63,860 nucleotides of DNA from Chiloscyllium plagiosum (taxonomy: Eukaryota), in contig NC_057749.1 of NCBI RefSeq assembly GCF_004010195.1, positions 15,196,436 to 15,260,295 of the forward strand, in the 5' to 3' direction. A program made the translations under genes and the position numbers. Under the pieces are notes generated by a model that saw only the letters and a list, made by a program, of their open reading frames with translations, searched no databases and had not been told where the DNA came from. This document shows, piece after piece, positions 35,950 to 47,429 of the stretch. Positions within the stretch are counted from its first letter, which is position 1, and the number at the start of each line of letters is the position of its first letter.

Positions 35950-38879
35950 GGATTCAGAAGGCTAACAGTCTGAGTTAGTCACCCAAACATAGCCAAAGAG
36001 ACAGGAGCATCACAACGTACCGACTGACACGTCCCTCTCCCCAGTCCCAGTACAGGATCTCTTCCTCTGCAATTGTCTTAAATCGGGTAAACATTCTGCA
36101 CAAAGACACACAGAAGATAGAGCAGGCTGCAACACATCAGTTGTGTGTGCTACAACTTTAATCTTAACAATGACAGATCTCTCCTGACTTTTATTTCCAA
36201 AAAAAACCCTATGCCATCTGTTAGTGGTCAAGACGACTGCACTACATTCTGCGTCTACCAATTTTCCAACAAAAAAAAAATAAACAGGCGGCAAAACAAT
36301 TCCATTGCATAATCGAGTTAGGCCTTGATGGCCAAGACTTGTCTGTTCCTAAAGATGTGATTTGGCATCCTGTAAGCTGTAATTACTGATCCCATAAAGA
36401 TGCTCCAGATTGATGTTATTCACCAGTTCCTCTTATGCACTGATGTGTTTTGAACTCCCCACCTTCACTTCCCGGAGTTGGAGGGTGAGGGTAGGCAGGA
36501 GGACACTGATTCACAGAAACGTGCAGCCACCCAGCAATGACGTCTTGGCAGGGGTGTGTTGGTACATCAGGGACGGGAGGTCACGGGGAGGTCATAGCCT
36601 GGCACGCTGTGCATCACTCAGAACCACAACTCTATCCACGACTGCGGCATGGACAGTCGGCAGAGGGGGAAATCCTGCGCGTTCCACCCCGGAGATCGGA
36701 AAACCAAAAACGCAGAGAGAGGGAGGGAGGGAGGGGTTCAGCGTGAGCTCAGCCAACAGCACTTTCCTCTAATTACATTCGGACTGCCGCTCAGCGCACA
36801 CAAGCTCAGCCCTTCCGCTGCCTCGGGAGAGAGGCAGGAGCTTGCGTCACTGTGCGATTCCGCAAATCCCAAACGTTGGGGGGGGGCAGCACGAGAGAAT
36901 GTTTGGTGGAATTCAGCTGCCTGGTAAGCTGATTTCAAACAAGCCACTTCACAACAGCTGAAAAACAGAGCTGCATAATGACTTCGCCCACCATCACCAC
37001 CACCCCTCCTCCTCCATAAAAACAATTTCACTTCGCAATTTTAAAGTTATGTCAAGTTTCAAACATATGGTACAAGTCTCGTCCATATGGTTGCGTGGAA
37101 CGTCTTTGTGCAAACACTCACAGTAAACATGACACAGCTCTACCCCAGTACAGTTAAAGGCACCTTCTACTGCTCAGCAATCTGTACTATCCTCTCGAGC
37201 AGCCGACATTTTTTCAGAAACTGACTGCATCCCAGGGAGTCAACTTCAGGAGATTGTCGGTAAACCCCTCACACAGGATCCAAAGGCTCACCGTTTTCCT
37301 GGTAGTGGTCAGGACCAGAAGCCCTGGCCCATATTCACACCTTTACATCCTGCCCGTCCGGAAGAATCCAGTTTCAATCCGGCAACTCAGCACCAGGCAG
37401 GCGACAATCTAATAATCCACGGACCCTCTCAGATCTGTGCCACTCAAACAGACCGAGGGGTTTTTGAAGAGGTGAAAGACGTGCTGAGCCAGAAATTAGG
37501 AAGGGCCATCTTCCTTCCTTGTAGTTCCCCGGTTGGAAAGCAATTTGGCCCAAAAGGCGCTACGCAAATGCAAGTCTGCCTTTATCGAGGGGGCTGCAGA
37601 AGAGGTTACTTGCCTCCAGCTAATATTTTCCTCCAACTCAAATGAATTGAGGCTCATTCGTACAGCGCCCAGTTAAAAATTCCAAACCTCGGTGACAGAA
37701 TCAGGTGAGAGACGGCTCTCAGTCGCGGGAAGTTTAACTCAAGTCACTGTTGCTTTCAGCTGCCATGGATTGTTTAAAAAGAGTCCAGATCAGTCCCACA
37801 CAACAGGTTCACTCTCTCCACTGTCACACCCAGAGTTGCAGCAGGGCGTACTGTCCACACGATGTACTGCAGCTAACTGTCTGAAATTTCAATCAAGAAA
37901 AACGACCTGGGTGGAGCTAAGGACTAACAAGGGGCAGAAACACAAGTGGTTGTCATCTGTAAGCCTCTGAACATTAGTGGCAAGGTAAGGGAAGGGATTC
38001 AGCAGGAAACTAGCACCGCATATAACAAGGCTGCCGCAGTGATGGTGAGTGACATCAGTCTACAATACAGACTGGAAAACCACATCAGTAATAATACCAT
38101 AGTAGGCAGATTCCTGGAGTGCATACAAGATGGTTTTCTTGGCCAGGACATTGAGGAACCAACTGGGGAACAGGATGCCACTAATACAGTATTTTAGGTA
38201 TTTTCACGACAACCTGTTCGGCAACGGTATTTCATACCTCTGGAACTCAGGCCTCCTGGCTCAGAGGGAGGGGCACCACCACTGCATCACAAGACAGCTC
38301 ATTGTTGGTAGATTTTACAATGGGCATTGGGGTGGGGTTAGAGGAAGGTAAAATTGCAGCGGGGGGGAATGAGAGGGGCAGATTGGGAGGGAGCCGGGGT
38401 GGAGAGAGAGAGAGGCCATGGTGAGGACAAAGCANGGGGGGGGGGTCACTGAGTCATACAGTACAGAAACAGATCCTTCAGTTCAACACGTCCGCCCCAA
38501 TCAGGCATCCTAATCTGACCTAGTCCCATTTGCCAGTGTTTGGCCCAATTCCCTTTAAACCTTTTCATGGTTGAACCTCCTTGAAAAACTCTGATAAATG
38601 TGTCAGACCTGACTTTGCTTGATTAGATTATGACTTTTGAAATGTTACTATTGCCCATTAATAATCGATTCCAGTAGGTTTAATTGCCCTATAGTTATAG
38701 TTTTTGGCTTTGGAATAAGGATGTCACATTGCGGTTTGATTAGGTCCGATGCAGCCAATCTCAGTAGCTGTGTCTTTTAGGTCCCAAAGATGCAAGACAT
38801 CAAGGCTCAGGGACGTATCTGCCGTTAGCCCCATTAGATTGTCTAACACTCCTTCTTTAGGTAGGGGGAGAAATTAAGT

Positions 38880-39560
38880 GCCATTTCCTGTGTTCTATAA
38901 TGGGATGTTTAAAGTATCTTCCACCAGTAACACTGATGCAAAATGTCTGTTTAACCCCTCTGCCATTTTCTTGTTTCCCATTTTAGGACGGCACGGTGGC
39001 TCAGTGGTTAGCACTGCTGCCTCACAGCACCAGAGTCCCAGGTTCGATCCCAGCCTCAGGCGACTGTCTGTGTGGAGTTTGCACATTCTCCCTGTGTCTG
39101 CGTGGGTTTCCTCAGGGTGCTCCAGTTTCCTCCCACAGCACACAAAGATGTGCTGCTCAGGTGAATTGGCCATGCTAAATTGCCACATAGTGTTAGGTGC
39201 ATTAGTCAGAGGGAAATGGGTCTGGGTGGGTTACTCTTCGGAGGGTTGGTTGGGCCGAAGGGCCTGCTTCCACACTGTAATCATAACTGCCTCCACAGAT
39301 CCATTTTGTAAGAGGCTTATGTTCATTTTGACCTCCCAGTTCCTTTTTTTGAAAATATACTTAAAGAAGCTCTTACTGACAGTTTCTATTTTTCTTGTTA
39401 GTTTGCCCTCATAGTTTATTTTCTCTCTCTTTACATTTTTTTAAGTCCTCCTTTGTTGAAATCTGAATTGATCCCAGTCTTCAGGGCTATCACTAACTTT
39501 TGCCTCCTTTTATATGCTTTCGCTTTCAACTAATACCCTCCTTAACTTCTTTGGTTAGCC
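38880..39560 (-). mobile_element. Old CR1 ORF2 fragment with nested + strand HE1-type SINE (38987-39278)
   Basis: MGNKKMAEGLNRHFASVLLVED on minus, interrupted by ggcacggtggctcagtggttagcactgctgcctcacagc. Confidence 0.85.
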
Positions 39561-40191
39561 ACGGTAGTGGTAGCAGTGAGCCTGGGTATGGACAATTAAC
39601 CAGTCACATGCACCCTGTCCCCTCTCTCCTCCCCCCCCCCCCCCACTCCCCAGAAACCTGCCCACAAAGCAGGGAGAAAGGCTACCTGCACCCCCTCACC
39701 CTCAGCCTCCAGTGCAGTGAGGGAGGGAGAGTAAAATGAGTCCCCATGCCCCTGGAGAGGAGGAAATGGGAGCACAGGGGTTTACAGACAGAATGGCTGT
39801 GGCTGGGAAACAAGCCTAAATGCCATCAGTCTGCTGTGGACTCAAAGCCAGGGCCTGGAGAGATGAACCTGTGTCACTTTGCTGTCGATCAGAAATTGGA
39901 ACCCATCAGCGGGCATGCTACAGTTCACTATTGTGTCCACTAAAAACCAAGTGCTGAGGAATCATCGGCATAGATGGTTGGCTGGGCTGGATGGGCCAAA
40001 AGGTCTGTTTCCACGCTGTATGACTCTAACTCGTACTGAGATTTCATTGTTGGTGCAAAGAACAAATCAGATGGAGGGGCTAATGAGACTGAGTACATGG
40101 TTGAAACAGTCCATTTTCTACATAGATCACAGTAACACCACACTTTAAAAGAGCAGCATTACAGCGCCCTGTATGTCTGCAACCTTTAAAT

Positions 40192-40499
40192 GAGATTCCC
40201 TACCGTGTGGAAACAGCCCCTTCGGCCCAACAAGTCCACACTGATCGTCCAAACGGTAACCCACCCAGATTCATTCCCCTCTGACTAATGCACCTAGCAC
40301 TATGGGTAATTTAGCATGGCCAATTCACCTGACCTGCACATCTTTGGACTGTGGGAGGAAACCGGAGCACCTGGAGGAAACCCACGCAGACACGTGGAGA
40401 ACGTGCAAACTCCACACAGACCGTCACCCGAGGCTGGAATCGAACCCGCACCCCTGGTGCTGAGGCAGCAGTGCTAACCACTGAGCCACTGTGCCGCCC
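40192..40499 (-). mobile_element. Near full-length HE1-type SINE
   Basis: gggcggcacagtggctcagtggttagcactgctgcctc head with B-box ggttcgattcc, full body and tail. Confidence 0.92.
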
Positions 40500-40961
40500 T
40501 CTAAGTTGGACAGGAGAGAGCAGACCCTGTTACTATGTTTAATTTTTTTTGTTTATTGCAAAACATCCAACCTCTGCCTTCTCAGGGAAGCTGACGTTAC
40601 CAGCACACCTTCGACAGCTAGACATTTAAAAACTAGCCCCTAGTGCCCAGCCAACATTTTAAAGAATTCATGCAACACTACTAATTGCTGAAAAGGGAGA
40701 CATTTTCCTGAAGAAGTTTCTCACCTTATACCCATCAGGGCAAATGCAAATGCCCACTTTCCAACTCTCAGAACAACTGGCACTGCAGAAACTCAGGTGC
40801 TGATTAGCTCAGCTTCCTTGTCAGTCAGTCAGAGTCATACAGCAGGGAAACACACCCTTCGGTCCAAATAGTCCATGCCGACCCCAATCCCAAACTAACT
40901 AGTCCCACCTGCCTGCTCCTGGCCCGTATCCTTCCAAACCTTTGCTGTTCATCTACTAATC

Positions 40962-41428
40962 CAGGGCTAGTTTCTTGCCCGTCTGTCCAATGTAATGTTT
41001 GTGGCAGTCCTTGCAGGGTACATGAACACCAACTCACCACCAAAAGACATGGCCCACTATCACTCATATTCTTACACTCAGGTGATGAGGCACCCCAGTT
41101 CAACTGGGACAGTGCATTCATCCTGGGACAGGCCAAACAGAGACACGCAAAGGAATTCCCAGAGGTCTGGCATTCATTGTAGAACTCCATCTACAAACAC
41201 GTCAATTTGGACCCCATTTACCAATCTCTCAGAAAGAGAACCGGAAATGATATCACCCACCATAACAAACCAAGACACAGAAACAGAAAGCTGGACAGAA
41301 CACCAGCACTTCACCGGAGGCTCACTAATGACATTACCGAGCACGTCTGAGAGCAAACCTTCCAGCGCAGCGAGCAAACTTACAACCTGATCCACAACCT
41401 GAGCTACAAATCTTCTCCAAAATCACTA
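40962..41428 (+). mobile_element. Penelope-like element 3' remnant (GIY-YIG endonuclease) with inverted 5' segment
   Basis: Minus 41018-40962: PCKDCHKHYIGQTGKKLA. Plus from 41021: HEHQLTTKRHGPLSLIFLH...FNWDSAFILGQAKQRHAKEFPEVWHS*...HVNLDPIY. Confidence 0.85.
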
Positions 41429-41859
41429 ACATCTCCCCCCATCACCAGCCCGCTCCCAGCTCTAGCAGAGCTCCCTCCGAGCGAACAGCAAGGTGCAGTG
41501 AAACCTCAGCACAACAGAGGCAACCTCTGACAAGCGCTCTCCGAACCGAAACCTAACTCTGTTACTCTCTTCACAGATGCTGCCAGAACTGAGGAGCATT
41601 TCCAGCATTTCGTTTTTACTTGAGAATTCTAAACTAAAAACATGGTCGCAAAAGCCAGGCAGCGGACTTTGGGAAGAGCTTTTGACAGCAATCCCCTTGG
41701 ACAGTGAAGACTGACGGCAAGATGTCAGAGCAGGATGAGGCCAGTCCACTCTGAATGTCTGCTCCGACATTCAATCAGTTCATGGCTGATCAACTCCACA
41801 ATCCTGCTATTCCCATTACCAGGGAAAACAGAACAACAAGAAACAAGCCACCGAAATTG

Positions 41860-42452
41860 TCCTACAGGTGCAATGCAAGTGTGGACAGCAGCTATCCCCC
41901 CAACACAATGCAGTACTTGCAGAAGTATAACCCTGACCTTCCTGTAGCTGGTCTTTTTAATCCAGACATGCCCCATGTGTCTGTGCTCAGCATGCTGCGG
42001 TGTTCCAGTGAATCTCACCACAAACTAGAGGATCAACGCCTCATCTTCAGACCAGGCACTTTACAAATTGCTGGACATAATATTGAGTTCAGCACCTTCA
42101 GGCCGTGAACCCTGTCCCCTCCGTTCTCTTTTAGCTTCACTGATTGTAGTCTCTGTCACCGTGTTCTCTCTCCCTCCACCTGGGAACCTGTCTCTTCATT
42201 ACAGGCTGGCAGTTAGACACACCACTGTTCTGCCATTCTCACATCCCGATCACTTAGTCTGCACCAACACCACCCATTCTCCACCTGCATTCCAACCTCC
42301 CTCCAACTGTTGCATAAATGCTCCCCCCCCCCCCCACACTTCACATCAGCCCTGGTGAAGAGTCATCTGGACTCAAAACGTTAGCTCGCTCTCTCTCCGT
42401 GGATGCTGCCTGACCCGCTGCGATCTACAGCACGTTTTGTTTTCAGTACAAT
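41860..42452 (+). mobile_element. Penelope-like element 3' remnant with 3' UTR and hammerhead-like end
   Basis: PDLPVAGLFN...HKLEDQRLIFRPGTLQIAGHNIEF resembles the PLE GIY-YIG C-terminus (consensus-like LEEQHLIFRLGTLQPxGLN); followed by CTGGTGA-A-GAGTC-ATCTG-GACTC-AAAAC. Confidence 0.8.
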
Positions 42453-45400
42453 ATTAGCTGATCCCTACGACCCATTTGTGTGAAAAGAAGAATCGAGTAG
42501 TTTAATGACAGGTACGATTAGAATTTGCGAAGTTAGCCTCTGCTGTGCCAATTCAACACAATTCAGACGGTTCCTTCAGGCCCACAGGATTAATTGATGT
42601 AAATAGCCTCTCACAAAACAGTTAGAAGCTAATTGTTGGATTGCATTGCCGCTTATAAATCTTTTGAGAGTCAGAAAAACCATAAAGTGACCTTTCTTTC
42701 TTTGTATTTGACACAAGAAATACAGAAGTGAGCCTTAGGCATAGTGGCACTGTTCCGTCACACTCAATCATAGCAGGCTCCAGACAAGGCCAGCAAGTGG
42801 CACCTTGTAGGCTGCTCACATCCAAACTAAAGGGGCACTGACAACCACACAAGTGTTATCCAAGACAGAATGACTGGGTCGATGCCAGGCACCCACAGCA
42901 GGATCGGCTCAGAGACAGTGGGGCTGTCTGGGTCCCCAAACCTTCATGGGCGGGGGGGGGGCCTCTCGCCCAGTTAGAGGCAGATCCAAACCCAAACAGG
43001 CAGGAGACGACAGCCCAGTGGTATTATCATTGGGCTACTAGTCCGGAGACCCGGCTACTGTTCTGGGGAGAATACAATCAAACCCCGCCACAGCAGATGG
43101 CTGATTGTGAATTCAGTAAAAATCTGGAATCGGGAGTCGAATGATGACCTATGAACCCATTGTCAACTATTGGAAAAAACCCACCTGGTCCGCTAATGTC
43201 CTTCAGGGAAGGAAACTGCCTGATCTGGCCTACATGTGATTCCAGACCCACAGAATGTGATTGGCTTTTAACTGGGTAATTAGGGATGGGCAATAAATGC
43301 TGGTGTGGCCAGCGACACCCATGTCCCGTGAATGAATAGAACAATCATACCATCCCTCTTTCCNNNNNNNNNNNNNNNNNNNNNNNNNNNNNNNNNNNNN
43401 NNNNNNNNNNNNNNNNNNNNNNNNNNNNNNNNNNNNNNNNNNNNNNNNNNNNNNNNNNNNNNNNNNNNNNNNNNNNNNNNNNNNNNNNNNNNNNNNNNNN
43501 NNNNNNNNNNNNNNNNNNNNNNNNNNNNNNNNNNNNNNNNNNNNNNNNNNNNNNNNNNNNNNNNNNNNNNNNNNNNNNNNNNNNNNNNNNNNNNNNNNNN
43601 NNNNNNNNNNNNNNNNNNNNNNNNNNNNNNNNNNNNNNNNNNNNNNNNNNNNNNNNNNNNNNNNNNNNNNNNNNNNNNNNNNNNNNNNNNNNNNNNNNNN
43701 NNNNNNNNNNNNNNNNNNNNNNNNNNNNNNNNNNNNNNNNNNNNNNNNNNNNNNNNNNNNNNNNNNNNNNNNNNNNNNNNNNNNNNNNNNNNNNNNNNNN
43801 NNNNNNNNNNNNNNNNNNNNNNNNNNNNNNNNNNNNNNNNNNNNNNNNNNNNNNNNNNNNNNNGGAAAGTGAAGTTGAGGCCAAGACGGGAGAGGTTTGA
43901 GGATCTGAATTGCCTGTTCCTGCTCCTGGTTCTTATGTTCTAATGAGAGAGTAAACCTGTGACAGACCAGAAAGAGGGGAGAGGTGTGGAAAAGTGAGAG
44001 GAGAGAGAGAACATGAAAATGAGAGAAAATGTGAGACAGAAAGAAAAAGAGGAATTGTGAGGAGGAGAGGGAGAAAAGTGGCAGGTAAAAATTGAGAACA
44101 TGATTTCAAAATATAGAATTTCTCAAGGTTAAGTTGGAAAAAGAAATCAAAGAAGATTGAACAAAACATCAATAACTTAAACCAGCAGTAACAGGAGTAA
44201 ACAAAGGTGATTAAAGAGCAGAAAGATGAACTAGAAAAAAGATCATAATCGTCAAACACAGAGATTAAACAAAGTACAGACAAGATTTCACAGAAAATAC
44301 AAAACAGGGTGAGTAAAGAAAATTAATTTCTAAACAAAAATGATAAAAGAGGGAAGAGGAAAATCATTCAAGCTAGAAAACAGTCCAGCAATAGGTACAC
44401 AGACGGGGAACACCAAACTTCATGAATAAGTATGTAAGATGAGAAAAATCATGATCAGCAGAAATGATAATGTGCCAATCAAAACTGAAAACCAGAAAAT
44501 AAGATCAAATGCGAACACAGAAACTGAAACCTTAGCACAACAGAGGACAACAAAACAAACAGGTAAAGCAACAAGCAGACTTGATTTAAAATGCAGCAAA
44601 AAACATATCAATAAACAGAAACTAATGGGAGGGGGCGGTAAACAGTAACAAAACGAAATTCAGAGAAAATCACAGGTAACCAGACTCAGTTAGAAAACGG
44701 TGAGAAAACTCCTTGAAACTAGATCAGAACTCTGAAAGCGAGGCAAAAACACACAGAAAAAAATAAGATGAGGAGCAAACAGGATAGACGGAAAAAAAGG
44801 AACAGACAACACAACAGGAAAACAATGACAGGCTGCAGCCAAGATTCTGATAGAGTGGGAAGAAAAGACACAACAATCGAAATGAGATAAGGGAAGAGAG
44901 GAAATACAGAAAGGAAAGAACATAAACAGAGACAAAGACAGACCTGTTAAACAACGACATAAACAGATAAAAGGGAATAAAACCAGACTCAAGAGAAAAT
45001 GAAGTCAACACTAAAAAATTGCAAACATAAACGGAAATCAAAGTCGCAGGAACAGACAACAAACGAGAAGATAGTAGATTAAAAGAAACTGATAAAAGAA
45101 ATTAGGAGAGATAAACATGGAGGAAATGCAAATAAGCAGAGAGTCTACAAACAAATATGGGGTTTTGGGTGGGGGAGATGCAGAGGAGCTGATGATTAGG
45201 AAGTTAAAGCAGCCTTCCAATAGAAATCCTTTCGGGGGGAGGGGGTCAACATCCGGGGAGGGGGAAGGTCAGATTGGGAATAACCGTGACCCTACAATTC
45301 TCCCAAGGCAAAAAAAGAGGAGCAATCACAACTGTAATCTATGAAATGTGCGCCATGATAATTCGCAGGTTCTGGAGACTTTTCAAACAATTCGTTTTCA

Positions 45401-45962
45401 GAGGCAACACTCTCTTTGCTGCCTGCTCCTCACCTCAAAAGGGAAAACAGGTGGGCTACACATCACCAAGAAGCCCACCCCCTCAACAGGCCAGGAAGTG
45501 CAACAAATGCCCCCGAATGCCGCAAACCCCAAACAACATATTCTGCTGAACTTCTGAAACAACTGCTCGAAGGCACACGATCTCTCCTTTAAACAAATCA
45601 AGTTACAACACACGACGGGGGGGGAGTTTGCCATAACTCTCTGGCAGGGTTACAGGTACAGCTAAAACGCACACCTATGAAAATATAATCGAGACTTGAA
45701 ACTAAAACAATGAAAGTAAAAAGAAATAATCATAGATCTGAGCAATTATTCACTAATCATTCGGGCATCTCTGAACAACTTACAAAGAAAAAAAACAGCC
45801 TGCAAAGTTACAAGAAAGGGTTTACCCTTACGAAAGTTTTAAAAATGCATTTTTGAAACATTTACTCTCTCTCTCTATCTCTTATACAGAAAACTTGAAG
45901 ATTGAGGATTTTATTTTGTCACAGGTTGAGAAATCAAAAGTCTTAACGAAAGTCATACTTAC

Positions 45963-46056
45963 TTTCCGCATCTGTCTGTCCCAGAGTGAGAGAGGTGCAG
46001 ACAATCAGCAAACCCCAACACAAGGTGACGGTCTTTGTTTTACAGTTCGTGCCCAT
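45963..46056 (-). CDS. Coding exon 1 (signal peptide) of an insulin/IGF receptor-family receptor tyrosine kinase (IGF1R/INSRR/INSR-like)
   Basis: ATG at 46056 gives MGTNCKTKTVTLCWGLLIVCTSLTLGQTDAE plus 1 nt, then a perfect donor A|GTAAGT at 45962. The 94 coding nt and WGLL hydrophobic core resemble IGF1R exon 1. The phase-1 join to exon 2 (A+TA = Ile) gives ...[12 protein letters not shown]. Confidence 0.88.
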
Positions 46057-47350
46057 TTGGGGAACCCAACAGAACATTCCGAGTATGCCACGAAAAAAAA
46101 ACACACAACAAACAAACTGCAACAAAAAAAATGAAATCAAATCCTCAGCCCCAACAAACCAAACCAGAGGAGGTCCATTTCCTTCGGGGAGGGGTGGGAA
46201 AAAAAACAAAAATTCTCTGGAATCGATGGTGATTTTTTAACCAGAGATTTTTTTTGGGGGGGGGAGAAGAAAGGATCGAAGAGGATTTTTTTTTAAAAGG
46301 TGGGAGTGAGGACTTCCAAATTCTCACTAAGAGAGGATGCAGGGGAAAAAAAAGTTACTGTTGCAAATGGAAAATGTTCTCTTCCTCTCTTGTTAGAGTG
46401 TCTCCCTGTCTGTTTTTTCTTGAGCCCTGTTTCAACCTTGTCTGTGATTCACTGTGAAATTTAACGAACACAGCTGTCCTGAAACTCCCCATCCTCAGTG
46501 TCCATTCCTTTAAAAGGACAGAGACAAAATAAAAGGGAAACAATGGGAGAAAAAAAATGTATTTTAAGAAGAAACCAGAGAAAAAATATCCACACAGATT
46601 GGTGTGGGATTTTTTTTCTAACTCCCAACAATTCAGAGGGATGTTTTATTTCCTCTCAGGAATTGCTCTCAAAAAACAACAAGATTTTCTCTCTTTACCC
46701 CCACCCCCTCTCCCTCTCCCTCCCTCCTCTCTCTGCTTCCCTCCCTCCCTCCTCTGTTGTTTGTTTGGAGCCTGAGGAAGGAAAAGAAAAATAGAGAGAG
46801 AGAGAGAGACAGAAAGGTGGGGGAGGGAGAAAGGAGGAAAAAAAAGGCAAAGCGTGGCGCGTTGGGATTTTTCCAGGACAAGGGAGAGAGAATAGGAGAG
46901 AGGGGAAGAGAGAGGAGGAGGGGGGGGGGAATGAAACAAGAAATGAGGAGAGGCGCGGGGTTCGCCTTCACTCCCCGGGATGGGAGCTCTCTGCACCGGC
47001 CGTGGCTCCCACTGCACTCCCTCCCCGGGGGGGGAGTGCTCGCTGGTCTCCGGGAGCAATGCTCGAAAGGGTTTCCGCTGCTTTTTCTTTCTCTCTCTCT
47101 CTCTCTGTGTGTGTGTGTCTGTCTCTCTCTCTCTCTCTCTTTCTCGGTAGGTTTAGGTCCGCCCGCCGTCTCTCTGACTCAGGCTCCGAGCTCGCTGGTA
47201 AACAAGAGCCTCAGACTGACTCCGAGCAGCCAGCACAACCCGTCCTGGACTCTGGGAGCCGGACTGCACACCTCGGGCTTGGCCGATCCAGATCCGACAG
47301 CGAGAGGCAAGGCAAGATCCCACAGAGCAGGGCTCACACACACACACACA
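46057..47350 (-). promoter_or_regulatory. Putative long 5' UTR and promoter of the receptor gene
   Basis: Non-transposon sequence directly upstream of the ATG, with U-rich tracts on the sense strand, GA/CT tracts (46687-46950, 47080-47140) and locally raised CpG (46950-47300). TSS not determinable. Confidence 0.55.
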
Positions 47351-47429
47351 GACCGGGAGAGGGGTGGGGTCACACTGATAAAATACAAATACAGACAAGG
47401 AGGGGTTCCACAGAGACTTCAACAGAAAA

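Noticed and set aside
38987..39060. tRNA gene
   Set aside because: A/B-box head of a SINE, continuous with SINE body and repeated elsewhere in the window.
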